This document shows, one piece after another, positions 52,865 to 62,364 of a stretch of DNA of 64,000 bases. The stretch lies in assembly GCA_963763775.1 (NCBI GenBank), contig CAVXPZ010000001.1, positions 1,152,001-1,216,000 on the forward strand. Direction: 5' to 3'. Position 1 is the stretch's first letter. The number at the start of each line of letters is the position of its first letter. The translations under genes were made by a program, and so were the position numbers. This stretch comes from an uncultured Chloroflexia bacterium. Lineage in GTDB: Bacteria; Chloroflexota; Limnocylindria; Limnocylindrales; CSP1-4. A model generated the notes under the pieces. The model made no database searches. It was not told the DNA's origin and was given only the letters and a program-made list of their open reading frames with translations.

Positions 52865-53383
52865 TTACGACGCGCGGTCGGACGTCCGTTGCACGGCCTC
52901 GGCGCGTTCCTTGAGCGCCCGCAGGTGCGCCTCGACGCGCGTGCCGAGCGAGCCGCGACCCAGCCGGACCAGGAGGCCGGTCCATCGGTCGTACGGCTCG
53001 AACGTGGCGGAGTGGATGACCCGCGTGCCGCCGGCGACCGCCTCGAGCTGCCAGCCCCACTCGCTGTCGAAGCCGGACCCGCTGATCCGCAGCCGGAACT
53101 TGGCGTCCGGGCGCGCCTCGAGGCTCTCGACGCGGGCGTCCTCGCGGAGCAGCCCGAGCCGGGTCCGGGCCGGGCGGGTCGTGGCCGCAGCCGGCCAGCT
53201 CGGCATCGCCGGGCCGAACCGCAGCTCCGGATAGATGGCGCTGCTCCAGGCGGGGTCGTGCAGCGTCGCCCAGACGATCCGCGGCGTGGCCTGGACGAAG
53301 ACGCGACGCTCGACGCGGCCGTCCGCGCGGCGATGGTCGCCGGGCCGTCGGTAGCCCACCTCGGGATCGGGACGCACGGCCAC
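52865..53383 (-). CDS. SRPBCC-family protein (start uncertain)
   Basis: VERRVFVQATPRIVWATLHDP...WQLEAVAGGTRV...LRALKERAE. Confidence 0.75.
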   Translation of the reverse strand: MAVRPDPEVGYRRPGDHRRADGRVERRVFVQATPRIVWATLHDPAWSSAIYPELRFGPAMPSWPAAATTRPARTRLGLLREDARVESLEARPDAKFRLRISGSGFDSEWGWQLEAVAGGTRVIHSATFEPYDRWTGLLVRLGRGSLGTRVEAHLRALKERAEAVQRTSDRAS

Positions 53384-53386
53384 GAC

Positions 53387-54276
53387 CTAGACGCCGATCG
53401 GGTGCCAGACCGTCTTCATCTCGAGGAAGGCGGCGATCCATTCGGGGCGCTCGGCGGCGCGGTCGTCGAGCCAGTCGAAGCGGGCCTCGTCGACGGTCGT
53501 CGGACGTCGCAGGATCCGCTTGATGTCGTCGGCGGCCAGCAGCTCGGTCTCCAGCCGCGATCGCATCGGGGACGCCCCACGTGTCGAGCGCGTCGACATC
53601 GACGTGCCCGGCCAGGACGGACACGAGTTCCGCCTTGAACCCGGTCAGCACGTTGACGACCCCGCCGGGCACGTCGGACGTGGCGAGCACCTCGCTCAGC
53701 GTCACGGCGGGGAGCGGCCGGGTCTCGGACGTGATGAGGACGACGGCATTCCCCGACACGAGCGGCGGCGCGAGCCGGCTCACGAGCCCCAGCAGCGATG
53801 AGGTCTCGGGCGCGACCACGCCCGACGACGCCGGTCGCCTCGGGGATCGTGAAGTTGAAGTACGGCGCCGCGACCGGGTTGGACGACCCGAGCACCTGGG
53901 CGATCTTGTCGGCCCAGCCCGCGTACCAGACCCAGCGGTCGATGGCGCGGTCCACGATCTGGCGAGCCTTCGCGTCGCGGACGCCCTCGGCCTGGGCCAC
54001 CTCGCCGACGAACTGGTCGTGGCGTCCCTCCATCAGCTCGGCGACGCGGTACAGCACCTGGCCGCGGTTCATCGCGGTCTTGTCGGCCCAGCCCGGCTGC
54101 GCCTTGCGCGCGGCCCGCACCGCGTCGCGGAGGTCCTTGCGCGACGCGCGGCAGGCGTTGGCGAGCGGCGTGCCGTCCGCGGCGCTGACCAGGTAGGAGC
54201 GCCCGGATTCGGTCCGCGGGAACGCCCCGCCGATGTAGAGCTTGTAGGTCTTGCGCACCTCGAGGCGGTCGGCCAT
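53387..54276 (-). CDS. Short aldehyde dehydrogenase-family protein (NAD-binding part only; frameshifts)
   Basis: KTYKLYIGGAFPRTESGR, WYAGWADK, PGGVVNVLTG, EMKTVWHPIG. Confidence 0.85.
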
Positions 54277-54277
54277 G

Positions 54278-55801
54278 TCAGCGGTCCTCGAGCCGGACGT
54301 ACGCGTGCAGGCCGTGCATGCCGCCCTCGCGGCCGAAGCCCGACTCCTTGTAGCCGCCGAACGGCGACGTCGGGTCGAAGCGGTTGAACGTGTTGGCCCA
54401 GACGACGCCCGCCTTCATCCTGGAGACCATCGAGAGGATCCGCGACCCCTTGTCGGTCCAGATCCCGGCCGACAGCCCGTACGGGGTGTTGTTGGCCTTC
54501 TCGACGGCCTCGTCGGGCGTCCGGAACGTCAGCACGGACAGCACCGGCCCGAAGATCTCCTCGCGGGCGATGCGATGGCTCTGTGCCACGTTCGTGAAGA
54601 GCGTCGGGCGGAAGAAGTAGCCACGCTCGGGCAGGTCGCAGGCGGGCTGGTAGAGCTCGGCGCCCTCGGCCACGCCGGACGCGACGAGCTCGGTGATCTT
54701 CTCGAGCTGGCTCTTCGAGTTGATCGCCCCGACGTCGGTGTTCTTGTCGAGCGGGTCGCCGACGCGGATCGTCGCGAGCCGGTCCTTGAGCTTGTCGATG
54801 AGCGTGTCCGCGATCGACTCCTGGACGAGCAGCCGCGATCCCGCGCAGCAGACCTCGCCCTGGTTGAAGTAGATGCCGTTGACGATGCCCTCGACGGCCT
54901 GGTCGAGCGGGGCGTCGTCGAAGACGATGTTCGCGGCCTTGCCGCCGAGCTCGAGGGTCAGCGCCTTGTCCGTGCCGGCGACACCGCGGAAGATCTTGCG
55001 GCCGATCTCGGTCGACCCGGTGAACGCCACCTTGTCGACGTCCGGGTGCGTGACGAGCGACATCCCCACCTCGCCCGGACCCGGGACGATGTTGACGACC
55101 CCGTCCGGCAGGTCGGCCTGGCGGCACACCTCGGCGAAGAGCAGGGCGGAGAGCGGCGTGGTGGACGCCGGCTTCAGGACGACGGTGTTCCCGGCGGCCA
55201 GCGCCGGCGCGATCTTCCAGGCGAGCATCAGCAGCGGGAAGTTCCAGGGGATGATCTGGGCGGCGACGCCGAGCGGGGTGGCCCGGCGGCCGGGGAAGGC
55301 GTAGTCGAGCTTGTCGGCCCAGCCCGCGTAGTACCAGAAGTGCGCTGCGGCGAGCGGGACGTCGACGTCGCGGCTCTCCTTGATCGGCTTGCCGGAGTCC
55401 ATCGACTCGAGCACCGCGAACTCGCGACTCCGCTCCTGGAGGATCCGGGCGATCCGGAACAGGTACTTGGCGCGCTCGCGGCCGGACAGCTTCTTCCAGG
55501 TCTTGTCCGACGCCCGGCGCGCGGCCTTGACCGCGGTGTCGATGTCGACCGCCGACGCGCGCGCGACCTCCGCGAGCGGCTGCTCGGTCGAGGGGTCGAT
55601 CGTCGTGAAGACGGCTCCGTCCGCCGCGGGGACCTCGCGACCACCGATGAAGAGGCCGTAGCGAGGCTTGATGGTGACGATGTCACGCGCTTCCGGCGCA
55701 GGCGCATACTCCCAGGGGATCGCCTGGCCATCGCCCAGACCCCAGCTGGACGGCGCGCTCGACGTCGTCGACGCGATCGGGACGCGGGTGTCATCGGCCA
55801 T
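54278..55801 (-). CDS. Aldehyde dehydrogenase
   Basis: IPWNFP, FTGST, LELGGK, GEVCCAGSR, EEIFGP, FGGYKESG. Confidence 0.95.
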   Translation of the reverse strand: MADDTRVPIASTTSSAPSSWGLGDGQAIPWEYAPAPEARDIVTIKPRYGLFIGGREVPAADGAVFTTIDPSTEQPLAEVARASAVDIDTAVKAARRASDKTWKKLSGRERAKYLFRIARILQERSREFAVLESMDSGKPIKESRDVDVPLAAAHFWYYAGWADKLDYAFPGRRATPLGVAAQIIPWNFPLLMLAWKIAPALAAGNTVVLKPASTTPLSALLFAEVCRQADLPDGVVNIVPGPGEVGMSLVTHPDVDKVAFTGSTEIGRKIFRGVAGTDKALTLELGGKAANIVFDDAPLDQAVEGIVNGIYFNQGEVCCAGSRLLVQESIADTLIDKLKDRLATIRVGDPLDKNTDVGAINSKSQLEKITELVASGVAEGAELYQPACDLPERGYFFRPTLFTNVAQSHRIAREEIFGPVLSVLTFRTPDEAVEKANNTPYGLSAGIWTDKGSRILSMVSRMKAGVVWANTFNRFDPTSPFGGYKESGFGREGGMHGLHAYVRLEDR

Positions 55802-55879
55802 CGAACGGCATCATAGCGCCCGGACACGGCCCGCCCCGGGATGGGGCCTCGGCCGGGCGCGGGTCGACAGGAGGACCTC

Positions 55880-56437
55880 ATGATCGGACGACTCATCCGC
55901 TGGACCATCGGTGGTCTGGTCCTCACGACGATCGGCGGCATGATCGCCGCGCTCGTCACCAAGAGCCGGACCCCATCGGTCGGCGAGCCCGAGAGCGACG
56001 AGGTCGCGCTCGTCACGATCTTCGACGCGCTCGACTTCACGAGCACCGCCAAGGCCTTCCGCGGTGGCAGCGCCATCGTCTGGTACGCCGGGGGCGACAT
56101 CGACCTGCGCGAGGCCACGCTCGACCCGGCCGGCGCCACGCTCACGGTGAAGGTCCTGTTCGGCGGCGGGCGCGTCCTGGTCCCCGACGAGTGGAACGTG
56201 GAGCTCCACGTGAACCCGATCCTCGGTGGCGTCGCGGACACGCGCGAGGCCCGCGATCGCGCCGCGGATGCGCCGCGGCTCGTCATCGACGGGTATGCCG
56301 CGTTCGGTGGTTTCGCGGTCGATTCGTCGAAGCCCGAGGCCGAGATCGACCTGCCGGAGACGGTCGCGTCGGTCAAGGATGCGGCCGGCGACGCGGCGGA
56401 CGCCGTGACCGAGCTGGTGCCCGCGCTCGACGTCTAG
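55880..56437 (+). CDS. LiaF C-terminal-like (cell-wall antibiotic response) domain protein
   Basis: N-terminal TM; GGDIDLREATL...LFGGGRVLVPDEWNV...IDGYAAFGG; AGGAGG RBS. Confidence 0.75.
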   Translation: MIGRLIRWTIGGLVLTTIGGMIAALVTKSRTPSVGEPESDEVALVTIFDALDFTSTAKAFRGGSAIVWYAGGDIDLREATLDPAGATLTVKVLFGGGRVLVPDEWNVELHVNPILGGVADTREARDRAADAPRLVIDGYAAFGGFAVDSSKPEAEIDLPETVASVKDAAGDAADAVTELVPALDV

Positions 56438-56485
56438 ACCGGACGCCTCGGCGCCGGGCCGCACGGCGCCCGGCAGGGCGCCTGC

Positions 56486-57454
56486 CTAGCAGCGGTACAT
56501 CGCCACCGGGTATCCCGGCTCGCAGTACCGGATGTGCAGATGGTCGTCGTGCCCGGTGAACCGGGTCGTCAGACCCTCCTTGATGAGGACCGGGTCGTTG
56601 AAGTAGATCAGCCGCACGTGGCCCGGCGCCGTCGCCCGGATGGCCTGGATGAGGCGACGCGTCGCGGTCCGGTCGTACGCCGATGACCGGTAGGTGGTCC
56701 CGCGGGCGCACTGGTCGTCCGCCTTGCGGATGAGCCGGACGTCGATGTCGAGCCCGCGGCGGTGCGTGTCGTGCCCGGCGATCTTCCCGCCGTGCTCGAG
56801 GCCGGCGTCGCCGACGGCCACCCGCCCGCTCCCGTACGCGGCGAAGAGCCGAGCCGCGGCCTCGAGGGCGTTCGTGGCCGATGACGTCGCCCAGTTCGCC
56901 GGGCCGTTGCCGACGCTGTAGTCGCAGAGCGACGTCTTCGTGAACGTCGGCAGCTCGAAGTGGGCGATGAGCCGCCGCCACGTGCCGCCGTTCATCGTGC
57001 CGGTCTGGCCCATCCCGGCGTGGCGCTGGAACGCCTTGACGGCGGCCGTCGTGCTCGCCCGCCAGACCGCGTCGGCCGCGACGTCGAGATGGCGCTTGGC
57101 GCGGAGCTCGCGCTGGGCCGCCTGGACCGCGGGGCCGGTGGCGCCTGGCCCCAGCCAGATCACCAGCTTCTGCCAGGCAGCGTCGTCGACGATGCCGTCC
57201 GACGGCAGGCCGACCGCCGCCTGCCAGGCCATCACCGCATCACGGGTCGTGGCTCCGAACACGCCGTCCGGCTTGACCGGGTACCCGCGCGCCGAGAGGA
57301 GCCCCTGGACCGCCTGGACGTCCGTGCCGCGGTCGCCGAGGTCGACGGTGGGGTAGCGCGGCCCCGGGGTCGCGGCTGCCGCCGTGGGCGCGGTCGCGGC
57401 GAGGGCGAGGAGCGCGAGGGCGCCCAGCAGCACCGGTCGAACGAGGCGTGACAT
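56486..57454 (-). CDS. Secreted peptidoglycan-binding protein with MepA-like (LAS) murein endopeptidase domain
   Basis: Signal peptide; two PG_binding_1 repeats (DGVFG..T..AV..WQ); GHDTHRRGLDID and HDDHLH Zn motifs. Confidence 0.87.
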   Translation of the reverse strand: MSRLVRPVLLGALALLALAATAPTAAAATPGPRYPTVDLGDRGTDVQAVQGLLSARGYPVKPDGVFGATTRDAVMAWQAAVGLPSDGIVDDAAWQKLVIWLGPGATGPAVQAAQRELRAKRHLDVAADAVWRASTTAAVKAFQRHAGMGQTGTMNGGTWRRLIAHFELPTFTKTSLCDYSVGNGPANWATSSATNALEAAARLFAAYGSGRVAVGDAGLEHGGKIAGHDTHRRGLDIDVRLIRKADDQCARGTTYRSSAYDRTATRRLIQAIRATAPGHVRLIYFNDPVLIKEGLTTRFTGHDDHLHIRYCEPGYPVAMYRC

Positions 57455-57479
57455 GCGCCAGAGGGTAGCCGCGAGGCCC

Positions 57480-58399
57480 TCAGCCCGCCAGCGAGACCAC
57501 CTCGGCCCGGCGCGGCGGATCGGCGCCGGGGCGTCCGCAGGTCAGCCCGGCGACCTCGATCGCGACCTCGACGGCGTCCTGGACGAGCGACGGATCGGCG
57601 AGGTCGCCGCGACCGAGGCCGCGCTCGACCCACCGAGCGAGGAACCCGCCGCCGAACGCGTCGCCGGCACCGACGGTGTCGACGACCGGGACCGTGGGGA
57701 CGGCGACCTCGACGCGAACGTCGGGGCGACCACCTGGACCGCCCGCGCTCCATCCGAGAGGAGCACGAGCCCGACGCCGTCCGCCAGGAGACCGCGAGCC
57801 GCCTCAGCGGCTGAGCGGTCCGGCGCCAGGTAGGCGAGGTCGTCGGCGCTGACCTTGGCGATGTCGGCGCGGGCGAGGACGCCGCGCAGCCGCTCGAGGT
57901 ACGCGGCACGGTCGGGGATCACCCGCGGACGGCAGTTCGGGTCGACCATCACGAGCGTGTCCGCGCCGACCGACGCCACGCCCGCCGCGATCGCCGTGGC
58001 CATCGGCTCCGCCACGAGCCCGAGCGTGCCGACGTGCAGGGCCGCCGGCGCCGTCCCGATCGCCGCCCGGACCTCATCGCTCGTGAGGCCAGGGGCGGAG
58101 GTCTCGGCGAGGTGGAACCGATAGGTCGCCGTCCCGTGCTCGTCCAGCTCCGCCACCGCGAGCGTCGTCGGGGCGTCGGTGCGCGCCTCGAACCGACCGT
58201 CGACGCCGTCCGCGGCGAGGGCGCGCCGCAGCATCGTGCCGAACCGGTCGGCCGACAGGCGTCCGAGGAATGCCACCTCGCCGCCGAGCCGGGCGATCGT
58301 CCGAGCCGTGTTGAACGGTCCCCCGCCCATGACCGCGTCGAGCTGCCCGTCCTCGTGGACGATCAGGTCGATGAGCGCCTCACCCGCGACGATGATCAT
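57480..58399 (-). CDS. PfkB-family carbohydrate kinase (frameshift ~57712)
   Basis: GEALID, GGGPFNTA, DPNCRP, KVSADDL; VVDTVGAGDAFGGG in the shifted frame. Confidence 0.9.
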
Positions 58400-58438
58400 C
58401 GAGCCATCCTAGGGGTCGTGTAGCCTGCGGTGCACCCC

Positions 58439-59185
58439 ATGGACCGCCTGACCGATGTCCCGGAATTGCTCGATGGACCGTTGGACGATCCGACCGCGCT
58501 GGCGGGCAATCTGCGCGACCTGCGTCGGATCAATCGCTGGCTCGGCGGCGTCACGCTGACCGCCACGGCGATCGAGGCCCTCGCGGCGCATCGTCGCGAC
58601 CTCTCGATCCTCGATGTCGGCACCGGCGGCGCGGACATCCCGATGGCGCTGCTGGCCGACGCCCCGAGCCGCGGCTGGACGATCCACGTCGTCGGCATCG
58701 ACAGCCGTCCGGAGGTCCTCGCCGCGGCCGCGATCGCGCTGCCGGCGGTGGCCACCACCGACGGACTCACGCTTCGAGTCGGCGACGGCCGGTCCCTGCC
58801 CTTCCCGGATGGCGCGTTCGACGTCGTCCACGCCTCGCTCCTGTTGCACCACCTCGACGGCGAGGAAGTCGTGGCGCTGCTTCGTGAGATGACCCGGGTG
58901 GCGCGACTCGGGATCGTCGTGAACGACCTGGACCGAAGCCGTCTCGCGTGGATCGGCGCGTGGCTGCTGGGCCACCTCCTGACCGGCAATCGCTACACGC
59001 GCCACGACGCGCCGTTGTCGGTCCGCCGCGCGTACCGGCTCGAGGAGGCGCTCGCGCTCGTCCGCTCCACCGGCCTGGCACCCGTGCGGACCGTGCGTGA
59101 CCGCCTCGGCCATCGCTATGCGATCGCGGCCGTGGCCCGGACGCCCTTCGGGGACCTGGGTGCCGGGGACCTGGATCGTGCCTGA
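58439..59185 (+). CDS. SAM-dependent methyltransferase-domain protein
   Basis: ELLDGP...NLRDLRRINRWLGG; LDVGTGGADIP; SLLLHHL; VNDLDR; DAPLSVRRAY. Confidence 0.9.
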   Translation: MDRLTDVPELLDGPLDDPTALAGNLRDLRRINRWLGGVTLTATAIEALAAHRRDLSILDVGTGGADIPMALLADAPSRGWTIHVVGIDSRPEVLAAAAIALPAVATTDGLTLRVGDGRSLPFPDGAFDVVHASLLLHHLDGEEVVALLREMTRVARLGIVVNDLDRSRLAWIGAWLLGHLLTGNRYTRHDAPLSVRRAYRLEEALALVRSTGLAPVRTVRDRLGHRYAIAAVARTPFGDLGAGDLDRA

Positions 59186-60415
59186 CCCGGTGTCCCCGCG
59201 ACCGGGACCGGCCACGCCACTCGCCTCGGTCGACGTCGCGATCGTCGGCGGCGGGCCGGCGGGCGCCGCGCTCGCGAACCGACTGGCGCGCGTCGGCGTG
59301 GATGTCGTGGTCCTCGAGCGGGCGCCGTCCTGGCGCTGGCGCGCCGGCGGGGTCTTCTGCTCGCCGGCGACCGTCGCGGCGCTCCGCGGCCTCGGCCTGG
59401 GCGAGGACGACCTGTCCCGGGTCGCCTGGCCGATCCCGGCGATGCGGGTCGAGACGCTCGCCGGCACGACCTTCCGCCTCACCTACGGCACGGAAACGGG
59501 TGGGCCGTCGGCCGTCGGGCTGGATCGGTCGCGGCTCGACCCCCGATTGCTGGAGCTGGCCGAGGCCGCCGGCGCGCGCGTCTGCCGCGGCTGGACGGTG
59601 ACGCAGGTCGACCTCGAGACCGGCCGGCTCGACTGGTGCGTCGCCCGACCGGCCCGTTCACGCTGCGGGCCGCGGTCGTGGTCGGGGCGGACGGCCTCCG
59701 CTCGATGGTCGCGCGGGCCGCGGGCGTCGCCCGCTCGGCGCGGCTGTCGCCGCGGCTCGGTCTCACGTACCACCTCGCCGATCCGAGTCTGGCTCCCGGC
59801 CGGGACGCCCGGATGCACCTCCTTCCGGATGGGTACGTCGGGATCGCGCCGGTCCCGGGCTCGCGGGTCAACGTCGGGATCGTGCTGGGCTCGTCGTGGC
59901 GTCGCGCGGTCGAGCGTGACGGCGCCCGGGCCGTCGCCGATGGGATCGTGGCCGGGATCCCGCCTGCGGACGACGATCCGGCCGTGTGGCGCGACGGCGT
60001 CCCGATCGATGCCGTCGCCGGGGCGTGGCCGATCGGCCATCGCGTGACACGGCGGGCCGGGCCGGGCTGGCTGCTCGTGGGCGATGCGGCCGGGTTCCTG
60101 GACCCGTTCACCGGCGAAGGCCTGCACCGGGCGTTCGTGTCAGCCGAGCTGGCCGCGGCGGCCATCACCGCCCGCGACCGTCACCGCGGTTTCGCGGCGT
60201 ACGACCGCACCATGACCCGCCGGTTCCTCGCCAAGGACGCGGTGTCGTGGCTCGTCCAGGCGTTCCTCGCTCGACCCGCGCTCTTCGAGTACGCCGCGCG
60301 GCGCGTCGCCGACCGCGAGACGGTCCGTGCGACGATGGGTCTCGTGATGGGCGATCTCGTCCCCGCCGGCCGTGCCCTCGATCCGCGGTATCTCGCCGCG
60401 CTCCTGGCCCCGTAG
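59178..60415 (+). CDS. FAD-dependent oxidoreductase (geranylgeranyl reductase / aromatic hydroxylase-like; frameshift ~59640)
   Basis: DVAIVGGGPAG, VVGADG, LVGDAAGFLDPFTGEG. Confidence 0.88.
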
Positions 60416-60420
60416 CCGCG

Positions 60421-60915
60421 ATGCACAGCACGATCGGCATCGATATCGCGGCGCCACCCGAGCTCGTGTTCGCGCTCGCGCGTGACGTCGAGCGCTGGGA
60501 GCGGCTGCTCCCCCACTACGCACGGTCGCGGGTCCGCGAGCGCGCGGCCGATGGGACCCTCGTGGTCGACTTCATCGCCCGTCGGCCGTTGATCGGCGTC
60601 CTCGGGATCGGCCTGCCGGTGGTCTGGCGGGCGCGGACGTGGTCGGAGCCGGACGAGCACCGCCTCCGGTTCGTCCACGTCGCCGGGGCCACGCGTGGCA
60701 TGGACGTCACGTGGCGCATCGAGCCGACCCCGGCCGGTTGTCGCGTCGAGATCGAGCACGCGTTCGCCCCGACGATCCCCGGGTTCGCCGCGGTAGTGGA
60801 CCGCGGGTTCACCCGGCCGATCGCGGGCCGGACCCTCGCGACGTTCCGTGCGCTCGCCGAGGCGCTGGCCGAGTCCGCGACCGCCGAGCCCGCGACCGCC
60901 GAGGTGCCGCGATGA
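60421..60915 (+). CDS. SRPBCC / polyketide cyclase-aromatase-like protein
   Basis: IAAPPELVFALARDVERWERLLPHY; FVHVAGATRGMDVTW; IAGRTLATF. Confidence 0.85.
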   Translation: MHSTIGIDIAAPPELVFALARDVERWERLLPHYARSRVRERAADGTLVVDFIARRPLIGVLGIGLPVVWRARTWSEPDEHRLRFVHVAGATRGMDVTWRIEPTPAGCRVEIEHAFAPTIPGFAAVVDRGFTRPIAGRTLATFRALAEALAESATAEPATAEVPR

Positions 60916-62177
60916 ACGACCGGCGCCGGGTCTGGATCACGGGGATCGGGATCATCACGGCCATCGGGACGGGCGTCGACCCCTTCCGTGCCGGTCTCCG
61001 GGCCGGACGGTCGCCGGTGAAACGGATCGACCGCTTCGACCCGAGCCAGTTCCGCTCGCAGGTGGCCGCGCAGGTCGACGACTTCGACCCGCTCTCGTGG
61101 ATGCCGCCGAAGACCGCCCGCCAGCTCGACCGGTTCAGCCAGTTCGGGCTGGTCGCGGGCCGGCTCGCGCTCGATGACGCCGGCCTGTCACCCGGCGCGG
61201 CCGGCCATCCGTCGCCGGAGCGGATCGGGATCTACCTCGGCTCGGCGCTCGGCGGGATCGCCTACGCCGAGGAACAGCACGAGCGCTACCTCGAGAAGGG
61301 CATCCGCCAGGTCGCCCCGAACCTGGCGCTGGCCGTGTTCGGCGGTGCGGCGCCGGCGAACCTGGGCATCGCGCTCGACGTTCGCGGGCCGATCCTCTCG
61401 ACCGCCAACTCGTGCGCGTCCGGCGCGGTCGCGCTCGGCGAGGCCCTCGGCGACCTTCGCGAGGGGCGGGTCGATGCGGCCATCGCCGGCGGTTGCGAGA
61501 TCCCCCTGAGCCCGCTCGCGTTCGGGGCGTTCGACATCATCCGGGCGCTCTCGGACGGCCACAACGCGACGCCCGGCACGGCGGCACGGCCGTTCGATGT
61601 CGGTCGCGACGGGTTCGTCATGGGCGAGGGCGCCGCCCTGCTCGTGCTCGAGGAGGCCGGCGCCGCGGCTCGACGCGGGGTGATGCCCTACGCGGAGGTG
61701 CTCGGGTACGGCGCCACGTCCGATGCCCATCACATGGTCCAGCCACGCGCCGACGGCCGCGAGGCCGCTCGGGCGGCCACGATCGCCCTGGAGGACGCCG
61801 GGGTCGAACCGGGAGCGATCGACTACGTGAACGCCCATGCCTCATCGACGCCCCTGGGCGATTCGGCCGAGGCGCGCGCGATCGCGACGGCCCTCGGCGA
61901 GCGGGCCTCGACGGTGCCGGTCAGCGGGACCAAGGCCCTCTACGGTCATCCCCTGGGCGCCTCGGGCGCCATCGAGGCCGCGATCTGTGCCCTGGCGATC
62001 CGCGATGGCTGGGCGCCCGCGTCGGTCAACCTCGAGGCGTCGGACGCGGAGATCTCAGGGCTGTTGCCGGGGCTCCTGCGCGAGCCGCGCGCCGGCCGGT
62101 ACGACCGGATCCTCTCGACGTCGTTCGGATTCGGGGGCCTGAATGCCTCGCTCGTCCTGGGGGCGCCGGACGGCTGA
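60912..62177 (+). CDS. fabF: Beta-ketoacyl-ACP synthase II-like ketosynthase
   Basis: Cys-His-His triad ANSCASG, NAHASST, GHPLGA; GFVMGEG; SFGFGG. Confidence 0.85.
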   Translation: MNDRRRVWITGIGIITAIGTGVDPFRAGLRAGRSPVKRIDRFDPSQFRSQVAAQVDDFDPLSWMPPKTARQLDRFSQFGLVAGRLALDDAGLSPGAAGHPSPERIGIYLGSALGGIAYAEEQHERYLEKGIRQVAPNLALAVFGGAAPANLGIALDVRGPILSTANSCASGAVALGEALGDLREGRVDAAIAGGCEIPLSPLAFGAFDIIRALSDGHNATPGTAARPFDVGRDGFVMGEGAALLVLEEAGAAARRGVMPYAEVLGYGATSDAHHMVQPRADGREAARAATIALEDAGVEPGAIDYVNAHASSTPLGDSAEARAIATALGERASTVPVSGTKALYGHPLGASGAIEAAICALAIRDGWAPASVNLEASDAEISGLLPGLLREPRAGRYDRILSTSFGFGGLNASLVLGAPDG

Positions 62178-62201
62178 CGCGGGCCATCCTCCGCGCGGCC
62201 G

Positions 62202-62340
62202 CGGCACGGTTCCGTGCCGTCGGACGAACGTCCGGGCCTTCCGGCGACGATCGGCACGGACATCGTGCCATTCGACGCCAGAGCGACCCTCCAGCAGACC
62301 ATCCTGGCGCTCCGGCCGACCGATGGCACGAGATCGTGCC
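62202..62340. repeat. Cluster of GGCACG...CGTGCC hairpins (REP-like) between convergent genes
   Basis: CGGCACGG-TT-CCGTGCCG (62202), GGCACG-GACAT-CGTGCC (62253), GGCACGA-GA-TCGTGCC (62325). Confidence 0.65.
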
Positions 62341-62364
62341 AAGCCCCGAGGATCGGGAGCGGCG

